DNA of 64,000 nucleotides from Eledone cirrhosa (lineage: Eukaryota), in contig OZ024745.1 in assembly GCA_964016885.1 (NCBI GenBank), positions 83,390,001 through 83,454,000 on the forward strand, written 5' to 3'. Shown in pieces: positions 49,801 to 63,335 of the stretch. A program made the position numbers and the translations under genes. The notes below the pieces were generated by a model, which was given only the letters and a program-made list of their open reading frames with translations, was not told the origin of the DNA and made no database searches. Numbering within the stretch: the first letter of the stretch is position 1; each line of letters starts with the position of its first letter.

Positions 49801-51924
49801 GATGTTATCAATAACTTCAGGCCCATAACTCTGCTAAACGCAGAGTTTAAGATTTTGGTCAAGTTGTTAGCAACGAGGCTGGCGCTTGTCGTCAAGGGTC
49901 TGGTGGGAGAGGCACAGACATGCGCCATTCCGGACAGATCCATACACGACAACCTCATGCGATACATCATAGAGAGGGTGGTTAAGGAATCTGGCACGGG
50001 TGGGGCCCTGATCAACTTGGATCAATCCAAAGAATTTGATAGGGTCGACCATCGGTACCTGGCGGCCGTCCTCGAGGCAGCCGGTTTCGGGCCCGTTTTC
50101 AGGGGCTGGATCGCTGTGATGTACAACTACATCTGCTCAGTTGTGAGGGTGAACGGTCACCTGTCGCAGCCGTTCAGCATCATGCGCTCGGTCCTCTAGG
50201 GTTGTCCCCTCTCGTCCCTTGTGTACGTATTGGCTCTCGAGCCGTTACTGCACAAACTGGGGGCGATGAGGGGCGTCCCACGCGAACGAACTAGGATGCG
50301 GGAAATCCGAGTCGACTTACGCCGACGACGTCACCGTGGTGGTGTCGAACACCAGACACGTTCAGATGCTCGGCACCGCTCTCGAGGAATACGAAGCGGG
50401 GAGAGGAGCAAAGTTAAACCAGGAAACGTCGGTGGGCTTGCAGCTCGGCACCTGGAGAGGCAAGTCCATGCCGTCCGACAACTTCGTGGGGCGTTGGATG
50501 GACGGACCGGTTAAATTGCTCGGGGTCTGTTTCGGACCGGACCTCCAGATGGAGAAAAACTGGAGCGAGGTGACTAGCAAGGTGGCCTCCCTCACCCAGA
50601 AATGGGCCGAGAGGAAGCTCTCCCTTAAAGTCCGGGCGGAGGTGGCGAATGCGTACATCGCATCCGTCATCTGCTACCGCCTCACCGTCGTCCCTTGCCC
50701 TGGCCGAACTCTCACCAAAATGGAGCGCCTTCTCTTCCGCTTTTTGTGGTAGGGACGCGCTCCCATGGTCAGACGATCCATCTGCTGTCAAGAACCGTTG
50801 CGTGGAGGGCTGGGCAAGCCATGGCTGATGATGCGCAAACATGCGCTGAGGCTTCGACATCTCTGCTGCTTCCTTGAAGGTGAACACGTGTGATTGCCGT
50901 TCGCCAGGCACGTTTTCCCACAGCTCGTCTCCTTGACGGAGCTGCAGTCCTGGGTCAGGAAAAGACCGAGGGATAGCGCTTGGAAACTGGAATGTCTCCA
51001 GGCGCTCACTGCCCTCTACCAGCTGGGCACCAGTGTCGGTGGAACATCCACCTCGGCGTTCTATATAGGACTAGTGGAGGGGAAGAGGGACGCCGTTCTC
51101 GGAGAGATCCTGCACGTCGAAGAAGATCAGCTGTTTGCTCTCTTTTGGAGAAGTTTCAGCCCAGGGCCTATGGATAACTACCAAAATTCCCTGGCCTGGC
51201 AGTGCTACCGTGGAGTGTTGCCGGTTCGAGATAAGCTCTACAGGCACGGAAGTGCCGTCAGCCGAGCCTGTCCGAGATGCGCGCAGAGCGACGAAACCAT
51301 CATGCACGCATTCGTTCCGTTCCCGAGCATTGCTGACTTGTGGAGCTATGTTGAACAGTTGCTGTCGCATGTAGGACTGATCCGGTTATCTGTCTGGTGG
51401 CCATGGCGAAAGAGATTGTGTGGTGGACAAGGTTGAAAGGGTTGAAGACAGACACTTTCCTCTTCGGTGAATCCCTAATTAACTTTTTCAAGTTTCACTT
51501 GAAGAGGAAAATCAGGATGGAGAGGCAAGTGCTGCCTTCTAACAAGTTTGTTGAAAGGTGGGTGAATGTAGTGAGAATGGTCCGAGTGAACGGGACCGCT
51601 CTGAATATACGCCTGTAGTTTGAGAAATGAAAAAATTGAGAGAGGGCACTTTCCCTAGTGGTCAGGGTGGCCGTGGTCTTTTGTGTGGTTTTCACCTTGA
51701 GTAACCCTCGGAGGTTCCCCCACCCCTATTGGGGAATTTTTCATTGTTTCAATTTTCATTTTTATTGTTTATATATATATATATGTTTCTATGCCTATTT
51801 TTATTTTCTTATATAAATAATAATAATCTTTACACGAACAAAACCCACATCGTACCGTCCTGTACCGTCCTGTGCCGTCTGTAATGTTTTTCTTGATGTC
51901 AGCCCTTGTGGCCAATAAAGAAAT
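46175..51924 (+). mobile_element. Full-length degenerate Tx1/L1-clade LINE (ORF1 with zinc knuckle; ORF2 with APE, RT and zinc finger)
   Basis: ORF1 pieces with CFRCGSKTHLRAFC. ORF2 from 48280: RIGSVNVR, AISETK, GDWN, SYLDRIF, TDHK, GPGYWKLN, KSPGLDGLP, NFRPITLLNAEFKI, LDQSKEFDRVDH, YADDV, CPRC..ETIMH. AATAAA then (ATT)n at the 3' end. Many stops and frameshifts. Confidence 0.93.
46676..46885 (+). repeat. (CAG)n/(CAA)n/(CGG)n compound repeat inside Tx1 ORF1
   Basis: Directly visible. Reads poly-Ala/Thr in the frame of ORF 46712-47071. Confidence 0.9.
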
Positions 51925-51961
51925 CATTATTATTATTATTATTATTATTATCATTATTATT
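51925..51961. repeat. (ATT)n tract between the Tx1 3' end and the Dong-like 3' end
   Basis: Directly visible. Confidence 0.97.
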
Positions 51962-54900
51962 CTTTGAGTCTCAGTCATTGATGTTATTTAACTGGAAAGT
52001 TTGTTGAAATGAAGCTGCTACCTGCAGCCTCAGATATTCAGGACGTACGGAGGGTTCTTGCTGTTCCCAGCATCATGCCTTTTGAATGTTCCAAAAAGCG
52101 GGGCTGGACTAATTTTCTTTAAACATACTTGGAAACTCTTTGAGATAGTACCTAGTGCGCCTATGACAATCGTGACGACTCTGACTTCATGGCAGTTCCA
52201 AATCCTTTTTACCTCCCACTTTAAGTCCTGGTATCGGTTAATTTTCTCCCTCTCCTTTTCTTGCACTCTCGTGTCAAATGGGCAGGCTACATCTACGATC
52301 AGTCATGATCGTTTTTCCTTGTCCAAGACCACCAGGTCAGGACTATTGTGTTTCAGTTTCTTGTCCGTCTGTATCCTAAAATCCCATAAAACCTTCACCT
52401 GATCGTTTTCTATCACCGACTCTGGCTTATGCTCATACCACTTCTCAGAATGGGGTAAATTGTTTACTTTGCATAGGTGCCAGTGGATCACCCTGCCCAT
52501 CACATAATGTCTCCATCCTTTACAGTGAGTCTGGGCTAGGTGTTTACATTCGGATACAATGTGAGCCACAGTCTCCTCTCTCTCTCTACAGATCATACAC
52601 AGTGGGCTAGCTTCCTCCTTGTAAATATGGTGTTTCACTCACTTCGTTCTGAGGGCCTGCTCTTGCGCAGCCATTAGCATTCCTTCTGTAGCCTTTTTAA
52701 GGTCTCCTCTTTTTAACCAGTTCCATGTCTGTGGATCTCTAAATTCAGTTTTCTCAAAGAAGGTATCATGAAGGGATTTTTCATGAAGGTTGCTCTACCT
52801 CCTTGCTGTCATTACCTCCTTGGACATCCCCTGGTCTATTGTCCTCTTCTTCAGTACAATTCTGAGAATTGGCTCCCTACTGTCAGTCACGTATTTGTGC
52901 AGGTTGTTTTTCTCCATCTGAACACAGTCCCCTATGCTGATAAGACCTCTTCCACCTTCAGATCTCTTTAAGTAGAGTCTATCGACATCACTTCTCTTGT
53001 GGAACATGTTGTAGATAGACAATAGCTCCCTAGTCTTCCGAATTCCCGCACTGTACCTAATAATAGACACAGCTCGGGAATTCACTGCACTTATGACATT
53101 CCGACTATTTAGATGCGATTTTAATACGCTCCTTAATCTTCTAATGTACTCAGATGTTATCAATTCCTTCATTTTCTTTGTTCTTGATGTCATTTTCCTC
53201 CAGTACACCTAAATATTTCTATCCTTCTTCAGTGTTAATTTCCTTTATCATCTCACCTGTTGTTACCTGGATTCCGTTGCTTCTGCCCAATTTACCCCCA
53301 CTTCATCACTAGGACTCCACACTTATTAATACCAAATTGCATACATATATCATTGCTGAAAATACGGACAGTTTCAACAAGTACATCCAACTCCTTCTCA
53401 CACTTCCCAAAGAGTTTAAGATCGTCCATGAACAGAAGGTGATTGATGGTAAGCTCTCCTTTTCCTAACTTGTATCCTGCTCTCACTTTTCGGAGTATAA
53501 TGGTCAGGGGTATCAGGGCAAGGACAAACAATAGAGGAGACAAACTATCTCCCTGGAAGATACCTCTCTTGATCTTTACGCCTCCCAAGGAATCTCCACC
53601 CGATGTTAACTCTGTTTCCCAGGACTTCATACTTTTGCCCAACAACTGTCTGATGTTATCTGACACCCTGAAGATCTCTAGGCTTTTGGTCATCCAAGGA
53701 TGAGGTACCATGTCGAATGCCTTTTTGTAATCTATCCATCCCATGGCAAGACCAGTGTGTCTCCTCTTGCAATTCCTCATTACCATCTTATCAATAAGTA
53801 ACTGGGACTTCTTTCGGCATCCTTTCTGTTCGTCCGGTAACAAGTTGTTTATGTGGAGGTGATGGTAGATTTCTTCAGACACAATGCTTGTTAACAGTTT
53901 CCACATTACGGACAGACATGTGATAGGTCTATAGCTGGTAACATTGACCCTTGATTCGGTCTTTCATTACCAGAACTGTGGTACCTTTTGTCAACCACTC
54001 TGGTACCTCACCTGACATCAAGCAGTCATTGAACATGGTTGTCAGTTTCGGGTGGAGGGATGTTATATTTTTAATCCAATACCTCTGTCTTTATCCACAC
54101 TGCCTGATCATTATGTACAACATCCTGCTCCCATATTCCTCTCCAGAAGGTCTTAGTCTGTTCCGCCTCAGGGATGAAGTCGTTGCCTCTTTCTTTCCCT
54201 TCAAGCTGTCGAAACAACATCTTCTGGTTGTTGTCAAACATGCGCTTCTGTCTATACGTACTGACTCTGCTCTCATACCGCCTAATCCGTGCACTCTTTG
54301 CTACAATGCGTTGCTTCAGTTCCTCTATGATAATATTTAGCTTTTTCCTCCTAGTTTTGTACTTTATTTCCAGTCTATTTTTAGTGTCTATGTTTTGTAG
54401 TGTCCCATTCAGTAGGGACTCAAGCTTTCCAATGCCATTTCTCATTTCCCTGATTTGACCATTCAGTCGTTTCTTCTACCAAGGTTCTTATCTTTCTTGT
54501 TTGTTGTTTCCTCTCGTTTTTATGCCAAGTAATTTCCTCACCGCATTTGCTGTTGCTTTGAGAATATTGTTGCATTGGTGAAGGTTCCTAGCCTCTATGG
54601 GATGACTTCGTTTACCTTAGCTGTTGTTTCTTTTAACTTTTTCCTGTCTACAAATCTTAGGTTCATAGGTTTCCCACTATCATTGTACATTTCATCTTCC
54701 ACTAAGTTTAGGATATCAACCAAATCTTGCCCTAGCATTTATTTCCTCAATGGCCGTATCTTTGTTCCAGAATATATTTATTTCAGCATTCAGATCATTG
54801 TCTGATTCGGATATTTCGTCCGTTCTCTCAACCCCTTCACCTTCATTTCCCACTGGCTCGTTTGTCTGGCATACTCCACTCTCCATTTCCAACCTAATCT

Positions 54901-55260
54901 CTCTGTTCAGTTCCTCCAGTTCCAACTCGCTTATCCATCCATTAGTTCCTATTACCCGAGCCTGCCCGGCCAATTTGTGTTCATCTAATTTAAATAGTCC
55001 AATCTCGTTCCAGATGTTATGCATCCGTTTCCTATAGCCTTTCTTCCTTGGGGTTACTCTTCAAGTAACATTCACGACAGTTCTATTCACTTCTTTCGTC
55101 CAGTTGGTTCTTGTCCCTTTCCTTCTTCTTCTTCCTCCAACACCAGCAGTATTTGGATGACAGCCAGATCCCTGCTGCTGAGCCAGGGGCACTTGCTGGG
55201 GGAGAGTCTGTCACATGGCGTTCCAGTCTCCTCTTTACCGTTATTCGAACTGTTTAGTTT
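51962..55260 (-). mobile_element. R4/Dong-clade RLE non-LTR retrotransposon, degenerate
   Basis: [107 protein letters not shown]. Confidence 0.9.
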
Positions 55261-55270
55261 CGACACTTAA

Positions 55271-55506
55271 ACACTCGAAGATTAGTGAATGTATGGTTAC
55301 ATAACCACCGGTGATTTCATCATCCCCAGTGATTTCATCATCCCCAGTGATTTCATCACCCCCGGTGATTTTAGCGTGGCACCATCACACTGTAGACAAA
55401 CATATGGGGCCACGCTAAAATCACCAAGGGGTGATGAAATGATTGGGGGTGATGAAATCATCGGTAGTTATGTAACCATACATTCAACAATCCTCGATAT
55501 GAGTGT
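55271..55506. mobile_element. Fold-back MITE with TTAA flanks and 18-bp subterminal repeats
   Basis: TTAA at 55267-55270 and 55507-55510. Long inverted arms. GTGATTTCATCATCCCCA-like repeats x3 on the left and x2 on the right. Confidence 0.82.
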
Positions 55507-55519
55507 TTAATTATCTCCA

Positions 55520-57022
55520 ACAGCGTCGTCGGGATGGAGAGACAGGTCCATGCCGTCCAACAGCGTCGTCGGGCGCTGGACGGACGGACCGGTTAAATTG
55601 CTATGGGTCTGGTTCGATCCTGACCTTCAGACGGACAAAAACTGGGACTGGTGACGAGCAGGGTGGTTTCTCTCACCCAGAAATGGGCAGAGAGGAAGCT
55701 ATCCCTGAAGGGTCGAGCGGAGGTGGAGAATGCGTACATCGCATCCATCATCTACTACCGCCTGACCATCGTGCCTTGTCCTAAGCCTCGCCTGACTGCT
55801 CTGATACGTTTGCTCTTTCGCTTTTTATGGAAGGGAGGCGCTCCGATGGTCAGGCGGTCCATCTGCTGTCAACACCCTCTACGTGGAAGGCTGGGCATGC
55901 CGTGGCTGATGATGCGCAGACACAGGCTCAGGCTACGACATCTCCACCTCTTCCTCGACGGTGATCAGTTGTGGTCGCCGTTTGCTAGACGCGTCTTTCC
56001 CCAGCTCGTTCCCTTGACGGAGCTGCATTCCTGGGTCAAGCGAAGACCGAGAGGGAACGCTTGGAGACTGGAATGTTTTCAGGCGCTCACGGACCTCGAC
56101 CAGTAGGGCAATGTTTTCGGTGGAAACTCCACCTTGGCGTTCTATAGAGATTAGTTGAGGGGAAGAACGACGACGTAGTTGGGGAAACTCTAGGTGTCAA
56201 CGAAAATCAACTAGCCAATCTCTTCGGAAGAACTTTCGCGCCGGGATCTATGGACAATTTCCAGAATTCCCTGTCCTGGCAGTGCTACCGAGGAGCTTTG
56301 CCAGTTCGGAATAAACTCTACATGCACGAAAGTGCCGTCAGACGGGCATGTCCGAGGTGCGCGCAGGGCGACGAAACCGTCCTGCATGCACTCGTCCAGT
56401 GTCCGAGCATTGCTGGCTTGTGTGTTTATGTTGAACACCTGCTGTCGTCTGTAGGACGGATCCTGCTATCAGCTGAGTCCATCGTGAGGATTGCCCCGCC
56501 CTCTTCCTTTAGCCGGTAAGGGCAGGCAGTTTTTATCTGTCTAGTGGCCATGGCGAAAGAGATAGTATGGTGGAGGCGTCTGAAAGGGCTGCAGCCGAGC
56601 ACTTACCTCTTCGGTGATGCCCTGAATAACTTTTTTAAATTTCATTTGAAATGGAAAATCAGGGTAGAGAGGGATGTGCTCTCTTCCCAGTATTTTGTTG
56701 AAAGATGGGTGAGAAGGGCAAGAATGGTCCGAGTGAATGGACCTAATCTGAGTATATGCCTGTAAATTGAAGGTGGAAAACTGGGAGAGGGCACTTGCCC
56801 TGGTGGTCAGGGTCCCGTGGCTTTTTTTAATGGGCTTTCTCCACGATGGCCCTCGGAAGTCTCCCCCCCCCCTATTGGGGAATTTTTTTATTGTTCTTTT
56901 TTAGTTACACCCTTTTTTTTTTTTTTTTTTTACACGCAAAAATGCCCATGTGTACCGTCCTGTATTGTCCTGTACTGTCCTTAATGTCTACTTTATGTAA
57001 ACCCTTGTGGTTAATAAAGAAA
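55520..57022 (+). mobile_element. Tx1/L1-clade LINE 3' fragment (same family as 46175-51924)
   Basis: SLTQKWAERKLSLKGRAEV..YRLT..FRFLW, WQCYRGALPVR..CPRCAQGDETVLH, the same 3' UTR, AATAAA and (ATT)n. Confidence 0.92.
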
Positions 57023-57049
57023 GCATTATTATTATTATTATTATTATTA

Positions 57050-60000
57050 CAGTTGCATTTATCTTGCTTTATGTTCATACGAGTTATCACCAAGTCACAA
57101 CCAGTGACCTCAAGAGACAACAAGGTCCGCCATGTTCAAAAAAGAACATACATACTCACACATGCATCTTTAGTGTTTAGACTTGTGATGTACTTATATT
57201 GACAGAATCTTCCTTAGTATATGGGCAGTTCCCATTAGTACTATCTTTTGTATTTCTCCTATACGCGTGTTTCCTGGGATTTGCGATAAGTAATCATTAG
57301 ACCCCTTAGGTATCATTCCCATAGCGCCTACAACCACTGGTATTGTTTTAGTTCTCAATTTCCACATTTTTCCAATTTCTATCTCCAGGTCCTTATACTT
57401 GCTCAATTTTTCAAATGTTTTTATAGATACATTCTTGTCTATTGGAACAGACATATCAATTAGCAGGCATACCCTCTTTTTGAAGTCCTTCAATATTATA
57501 TCAGGTCTATTTGCATCTATTTTTCGGTCTGTTTGGATGCTAAAGTTCCACAAGATTGAGATGTGATCTTTTTCAACTATGGGAGGTGGTTGATGCTCCC
57601 ACCAATTCTTTTGATGGGGAAGGTCAAAATGCTTACACATTATCCAGTGTATGTATTGTGCAGCTCTGTCATGCCTGTTTAGGTATTCGGTTGAAGCTAT
57701 AGGACTGCACATTGAAATTATATGGTCAATGGTCTCTGGTTGTTTTTTGCATACACGGCATAATGGGCTGCATCCATTTTTTATTATGTTGGCTTGGTAA
57801 TTTTTTGTTCGCAGACACTGATCTTGTGCTGATATAATCAGTCCTTCAGTCTCCGATTTTAGTCCAGAGGATGCCAACCACTGATGGGTTAAAGTTTTGT
57901 CAACATCAGGATTGTTAGCTCGCTCTGGGTATTTTCCATACAGAGGCTTTTCTTGCGATTTCTTAGCCAGTTTCTGTAGCAGTTCTTTCTTTGCAGTTAC
58001 TTTTACTTGCTTTGCTTTTTCTGTGTTTTCCATTTCAGCAGTAAATGGGACTTCTGAAAGTTGTAGTCCATTACTGTATCTTTGTGCATCTTTTGTAATG
58101 GAATATGATCTTTTGATGCTTTCGTGTTTCAAAACGAGTTTGATCATCCAATCATGTGATTCCCTTAGATATGTAGATAATCCAATTGTTGCAGTTTTCA
58201 ACGCAATGTCTAACTGGATTAACCCACGTCCTCCTTCTTTCCTAGGGAGATTTATTCTATCTATATCTGCCTTAGTTATCTGTGAATGGTTAAGAGTTTT
58301 CGAATTTTGTATCGAGCCTACGGATCTCTGTGCTTGACCAGTTGATGACATTGTAACTGTAGGTTACTGTGGTATGGCAAGCGCGTTTATGGCATCGATC
58401 CTATTCCTTGCATTCAATTCCGTTCTTAAGATTGCTCTTACTCTGCGGTAACCTTCCTTCCTTATCCTTTCCCTCATTGTCGAGTGCTTGATTCCGTCTC
58501 CTTCACAAACACCTAGATATTTGTAAGTTTCCTCTTGATCAAGTTCTCTTATCACGTTCCCCCGATCAAGATTAATGTCTGAACTTTTCAGAAGCTTTCC
58601 TCTGGTGAACGTTGCTTTGGCGCATTTGTCTAGTCCAAACTCCATTTTAATGTCATCACTGAACTGCTCCACAGTGGATAATAGCCCTTGCAATTGTTCA
58701 TCATTTTTTGCAAATAGTTTCAGGTCATCCATGTAGAACAAGTGATTAATCGTTTTGTCATAGATTTTATATCCATGTTTTTGTTTCATTGAGCATTTTA
58801 CTTAATGGTATAAGTGCGATGCAGAATAAAAGCGGTGATAAAGAGTCACCCTGAAAAATTCCAAAATTAATATTAACTTCTCCAGCTTCCAGTGATTTTG
58901 TTTCACTATTCAAAAGGAGTGTCGTTTTCCATGTCTTCATACTGAATGACAAAAGCCTCCTGACAACGGGGGATATTTTGAAAATCTCTAAACATTTTTC
59001 AATCCAACTGTGTGGCAAACTATCGAATGTTTTTTTATAATCTATCCAAGCAATCGATAGATTTTTGTGTCTATTATGACAATCTTCCAGTATCATTTTA
59101 TTAACCAGAAGCTGATCCTTACAGCCATATGAGCCTCGTTTACACCCTTTCTGCTCAATGGGAAATAGGTCATTTGTTATCAGGTGGTCATATGTGTATT
59201 CAGTTAGGACTGATGTTAAAATTTTATACATTGTGGTCAAGCAAGTTATCGGTCTGTAATTTTTGGGATTGTTTGTCTCATCATTCTTCGGAATCAGGAA
59301 TGTAATGCCGTTAACTAGCCATGATGGTATATTTTCTAGCTCCTTAACTATTTCATTGTAAAGTTGGGCTAACAGCTCATGAGACTCTGTGAAGGCCTTT
59401 ATCCAAAAGTTTTGTATTTTGGCTTTTCCTGGGGATTTCCATTTGCTGGTTTTTCTTAGAGCCAAGCGCAACTGTTCAACTGTTATATTTTCCCATATTT
59501 GTTCCTCAAGGTGAGCTGTATATTTCATTTGTCTGTCTATCCATGGGGCATGTATGTTATGAACTTTTTCTTCGGCCCAGATCTTTTCCCAGAATTCTTG
59601 CACTTCCTCCTTGGGTGGTATTGATTTAGCAGTTATTGTTGACTTACCAATTTTTCTGTAGAAGTTTCTTTGGTTGTTTTTGAACATATTATTGTCCTTA
59701 TAGAATCTAGATCGTTTTTCAAAGCGCCTTGTACGAGCAGCTTTGGCCGACACTTTTTTGATTATTTCTATCAGCATGTCTATGTCACTTGTTGATTTTA
59801 TACTGTACTTTCTTTTCAATTTTCTAAGTTTAGTTTGTTTAACATGTTCACCTACTTTATAGTTTGTTAAAATTTCTATGTCAGATCGGAGAAGGTTTAT
59901 TTGGCGATTGATGTTCTCTTGCCAAGTAGATTTCTTGTGGGAATTCCTTTGTTTTTTCATCTTCACTCCACATAAGTGAGTGGTGACTTTAGCCGATGCA

Positions 60001-61040
60001 TAATAGAGATGATTTAAATCAGTAATGTTTAGTTTGTTTGTGATGATAATGTTTTTGAGAATTATGTTAGTCTTGTGTATTATCTTTTGGTTCTGTTTGG
60101 AGTTCTGGATCTTAGGGAGGGTGTCTCGTTTCCCCATGTCAGATTCTTTCATTTTCATCCATTCGATCATAATTTCATCCTTCAAGTTGGCAAGTTCATT
60201 CTCATTCATTTCTTTATCATTTACGATCTCATTATTTTCATTTGGAGTTTCATCTTGAGCATGCACTCCCTCCACTTTTTCGATCCTTTCTTTAATTTGT
60301 TCTGCTGCCAGTGATTCCGCCCCAACCCTGGGATTCGAAGTGTTACAATTTACCTCGTTTTCACTGACACATGTTTCATTTTCCCTTCGCTGACTTTGTG
60401 CTAATAGCTTGATCTGATCAATTTCTATATCAGTTAGTAACTTTTTTCTTACAATATTTCTTCGTATATTGGCTAGTTTGTTGCTGTCAATATAGCCTCT
60501 GTTTTCGGGATGTTTCTTTTTCCAGTTGATATATGTCTGTTCTGTATTCGATGTATTTGATGGGTAGTACATGGCAGTGTAGAAAGCCTCAAGGACTTCT
60601 TTATTATCTTCCCTTGACCATTTTTCTCTCTTTTTCTTTGGATTTCTTGGTGGTGAGCTTTGAGGGCCAACAGTAGGAGTATTCCGGTTATGGGACGTCT
60701 CCAGCTCCGAAGTGATGGGAAGGTTTGAACCATTAGCTGATTTTTCGACACCAGTCTGGTTCCTCTCTGAGGGACGCGGCCCTTTTTTACCCGGGTGACG
60801 GCCGATCCGGTATGAGATTTTATCATTAGACATTTACTTTATTTTGTCGCGTTTTATCCTTATCCGCCAAGGGGTAATCATTTCGTGTTACCACTTCTAG
60901 AACGAGTGTCAACCAAGACTAGAGGGGTCGTTCTCCCCTAGAGACACGGCTATTCCCCGCCGGCCGCCATCCCGGTATTTCTTGGTCACGGGGTTTTCTT
61001 TTTGTTTTTTTTTTAAATTGTTATCATCATGAGTGGTTCC
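57050..61040 (-). mobile_element. R4/Dong-clade RLE non-LTR retrotransposon, near full-length, flanked by (TAA)n on both sides
   Basis: ORFs 60833-58767, 58789-58364 and 58351-57194 form one frameshifted polyprotein: [46 protein letters not shown]...C..RHD, NRPDIIL..D, KLSKYKDL. Confidence 0.93.

Positions 61041-61096
<56 letters not shown>
61040..61096. repeat. (ATT)n tract between the Dong-like 5' end and the Tx1 5' end
   Basis: Directly visible. Confidence 0.97.
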
Positions 61097-61304
61097 GGCG
61101 ACCTACTAAGTAAATCGTATCATCGTGAGCTCCGCAAAGGTTTGTTATTTCCGTTTGTTAAAAATTGTCATTTATGGAAAATTTTATTGTTAACTGTTTA
61201 TAAGCGCACATACATTGTTTTCCGAAAAGGACACCCAAAAAGATTGGGGCCTTGTGCCCAAAATTTTAACTTTTATTATTATCCAAAAATTTCTTTGAAG
61301 AAAA

Positions 61305-63023
61305 ATGGCTAATTCCCCTCTGCACGAAGCAGCTGAAAGCCTTCCTCACAAAATAACACCTCACACCGACACCACCATTGTAAATGTTACTACGTTTGCC
61401 AACACAAAAAAAAATATAAGCAGTAGCAATATTTTAAATGTGTCTCAGGCAGACATTCATTTCCCGCCATTACCAATGACTGCAGGTGTTAAAGCCTCCA
61501 CCACCACCACCACCGCGACAACCACCACCCCCACCACCACCGCGACAACAGAAACAAAAGAAGAAAAAAATAAATTAACTCGTGATGTCGAAATGAAATC
61601 AAGCAAAATGGACTCTTCCGCACCAAAGACGAATGACGTCACCACCACCACAACTGAAATAAAAATTAAGATTAACACAAATAACGATAGCAACAACAAC
61701 AACAATGACATTATAAAACCGACCCTCAGTTTCGCGATCGTAGCAAAACAATTCGAAGCGTTCACGGTAACTCAAGAAGATTTAGAAAATGCCAAACAAA
61801 TGGTAAAGAAAGATGGGTACAGGGTCAGCCTCACCCCCCCCCCACCTAATAAAATGGAGCATCGGCGCCTGTGCACCGTGTCGTATAGAACAATAAATGT
61901 AAAATCGCGCCGAGTGGAACGGGCATCCGAGTCCCAAATCCAAAAAGCTTTGGGACATGTGTGGGCAAGAAAAACCCACATCAGACGTGGGCAAAAGTAT
62001 GGAACCGTGGATGTGTTCTTTGAAACACCAGAGGAGGCTAGAGAACACTCCATGGCCCCATTAAAAAGTGACTACCTCACACTCGTCCCAAGCAATTGTG
62101 GCCAGAGACTCGTAAAGATCAGGGTGACCCACGTTCCACCGGCCATCGAAATTCCCTGGCTAATAGCGGCTGTCCTCGCCGGCATTGAAGCCAACACGAA
62201 AATAATAGCAGTAGCAAAAGAAAAGCAGGAAAACTGGTCCGGATCTGGGATGGAGCTCCTGATCCAAGCGGACCAAAAAAGCATTGAGGAGATCCCAGAG
62301 GTAATAGACCTCACTGACGGCAGCCACCTCACGGTAATTGTCGAGGGCAGAAGACCTAGGTGTGTCGTTTGTGGTGAAGGAACCCACCTAAGGGCTTTCT
62401 GCCCTCAGGCTAAAAGGTTGAGGCCACCTCTCCTACCCACCCCAGTGACACAACCATCAACACCACCAGTAGCAGAGATGGCAGCAACAACTGTAGCAGC
62501 AACAACAGAAGCAACTATAACAGCAACAACCCCAGCAACAGTAGCAAAACCAACACCACTACCACCACCAGCAAAACCAACACCACCACCACCCAACGCT
62601 TCAGAACTAGCACCAGCGCCTACACCATCCACCACACCACAACCAAAACTAACGGCTGTGGAGGATTTTCCACTCCCCGGCCTATCACAACTGGAGACAG
62701 ATTGTGACGACGAGGAGTGGGAAACGATATCCGGAAAAAAAAAAAGAAACCAAAAAAGAAAAAATTCTCTTCCTTCCCCCTCCAAAAACAAAATACAGAG
62801 GGAAACAAATAAACTAAGAAACAAAAAAGTTAGGACAGATATGCCACCATCCACACCAGCATCACCAACCCCATCAACCCAAACACCAACACCATCACCA
62901 TCATTAACTCCAACACCACCATCACCTACACCACAAAAGTCACCAAAATGCGAAACAGAAACAAACCCACAACAAACGCAAACAATCAAAACAACCAAAA
63001 CGATACACACTACACAGCATTAA
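61305..63023 (+). CDS. Tx1/L1-clade ORF1 (CCHC knuckle, Thr/Pro-rich regions)
   Basis: CVVCGEGTHLRAFC knuckle. Homologous to the fragmented ORF1 at ~47030-47560. Confidence 0.88.
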   Translation: MANSPLHEAAESLPHKITPHTDTTIVNVTTFANTKKNISSSNILNVSQADIHFPPLPMTAGVKASTTTTTATTTTPTTTATTETKEEKNKLTRDVEMKSSKMDSSAPKTNDVTTTTTEIKIKINTNNDSNNNNNDIIKPTLSFAIVAKQFEAFTVTQEDLENAKQMVKKDGYRVSLTPPPPNKMEHRRLCTVSYRTINVKSRRVERASESQIQKALGHVWARKTHIRRGQKYGTVDVFFETPEEAREHSMAPLKSDYLTLVPSNCGQRLVKIRVTHVPPAIEIPWLIAAVLAGIEANTKIIAVAKEKQENWSGSGMELLIQADQKSIEEIPEVIDLTDGSHLTVIVEGRRPRCVVCGEGTHLRAFCPQAKRLRPPLLPTPVTQPSTPPVAEMAATTVAATTEATITATTPATVAKPTPLPPPAKPTPPPPNASELAPAPTPSTTPQPKLTAVEDFPLPGLSQLETDCDDEEWETISGKKKRNQKRKNSLPSPSKNKIQRETNKLRNKKVRTDMPPSTPASPTPSTQTPTPSPSLTPTPPSPTPQKSPKCETETNPQQTQTIKTTKTIHTTQH

Positions 63024-63335
63024 ATTTGAACAACAAGCAATTATTACACTACATCCAACACAACACCAGCATCACAGAAAAAGACTACACAACAACCCCA
63101 AAATTCACACCACCTCCACACATACAAATCACTCGCATCACACAGAAAACGTACATGACACTAAAACAAAAATTCCCCAAAGACATCGGAGACTTCCGAC
63201 AAGCACTCTCCAGGAGGATTTATAAGGACATCCTTCCTGAGGAGGCCACAAGCAGTGAAAAGGATGGAAAAGCCGTCCTTCCCCTACGAGAAGTAAGGTA
63301 AGTGGTCTTTCCCATCTTTTCCACTCCTTTTCAAC

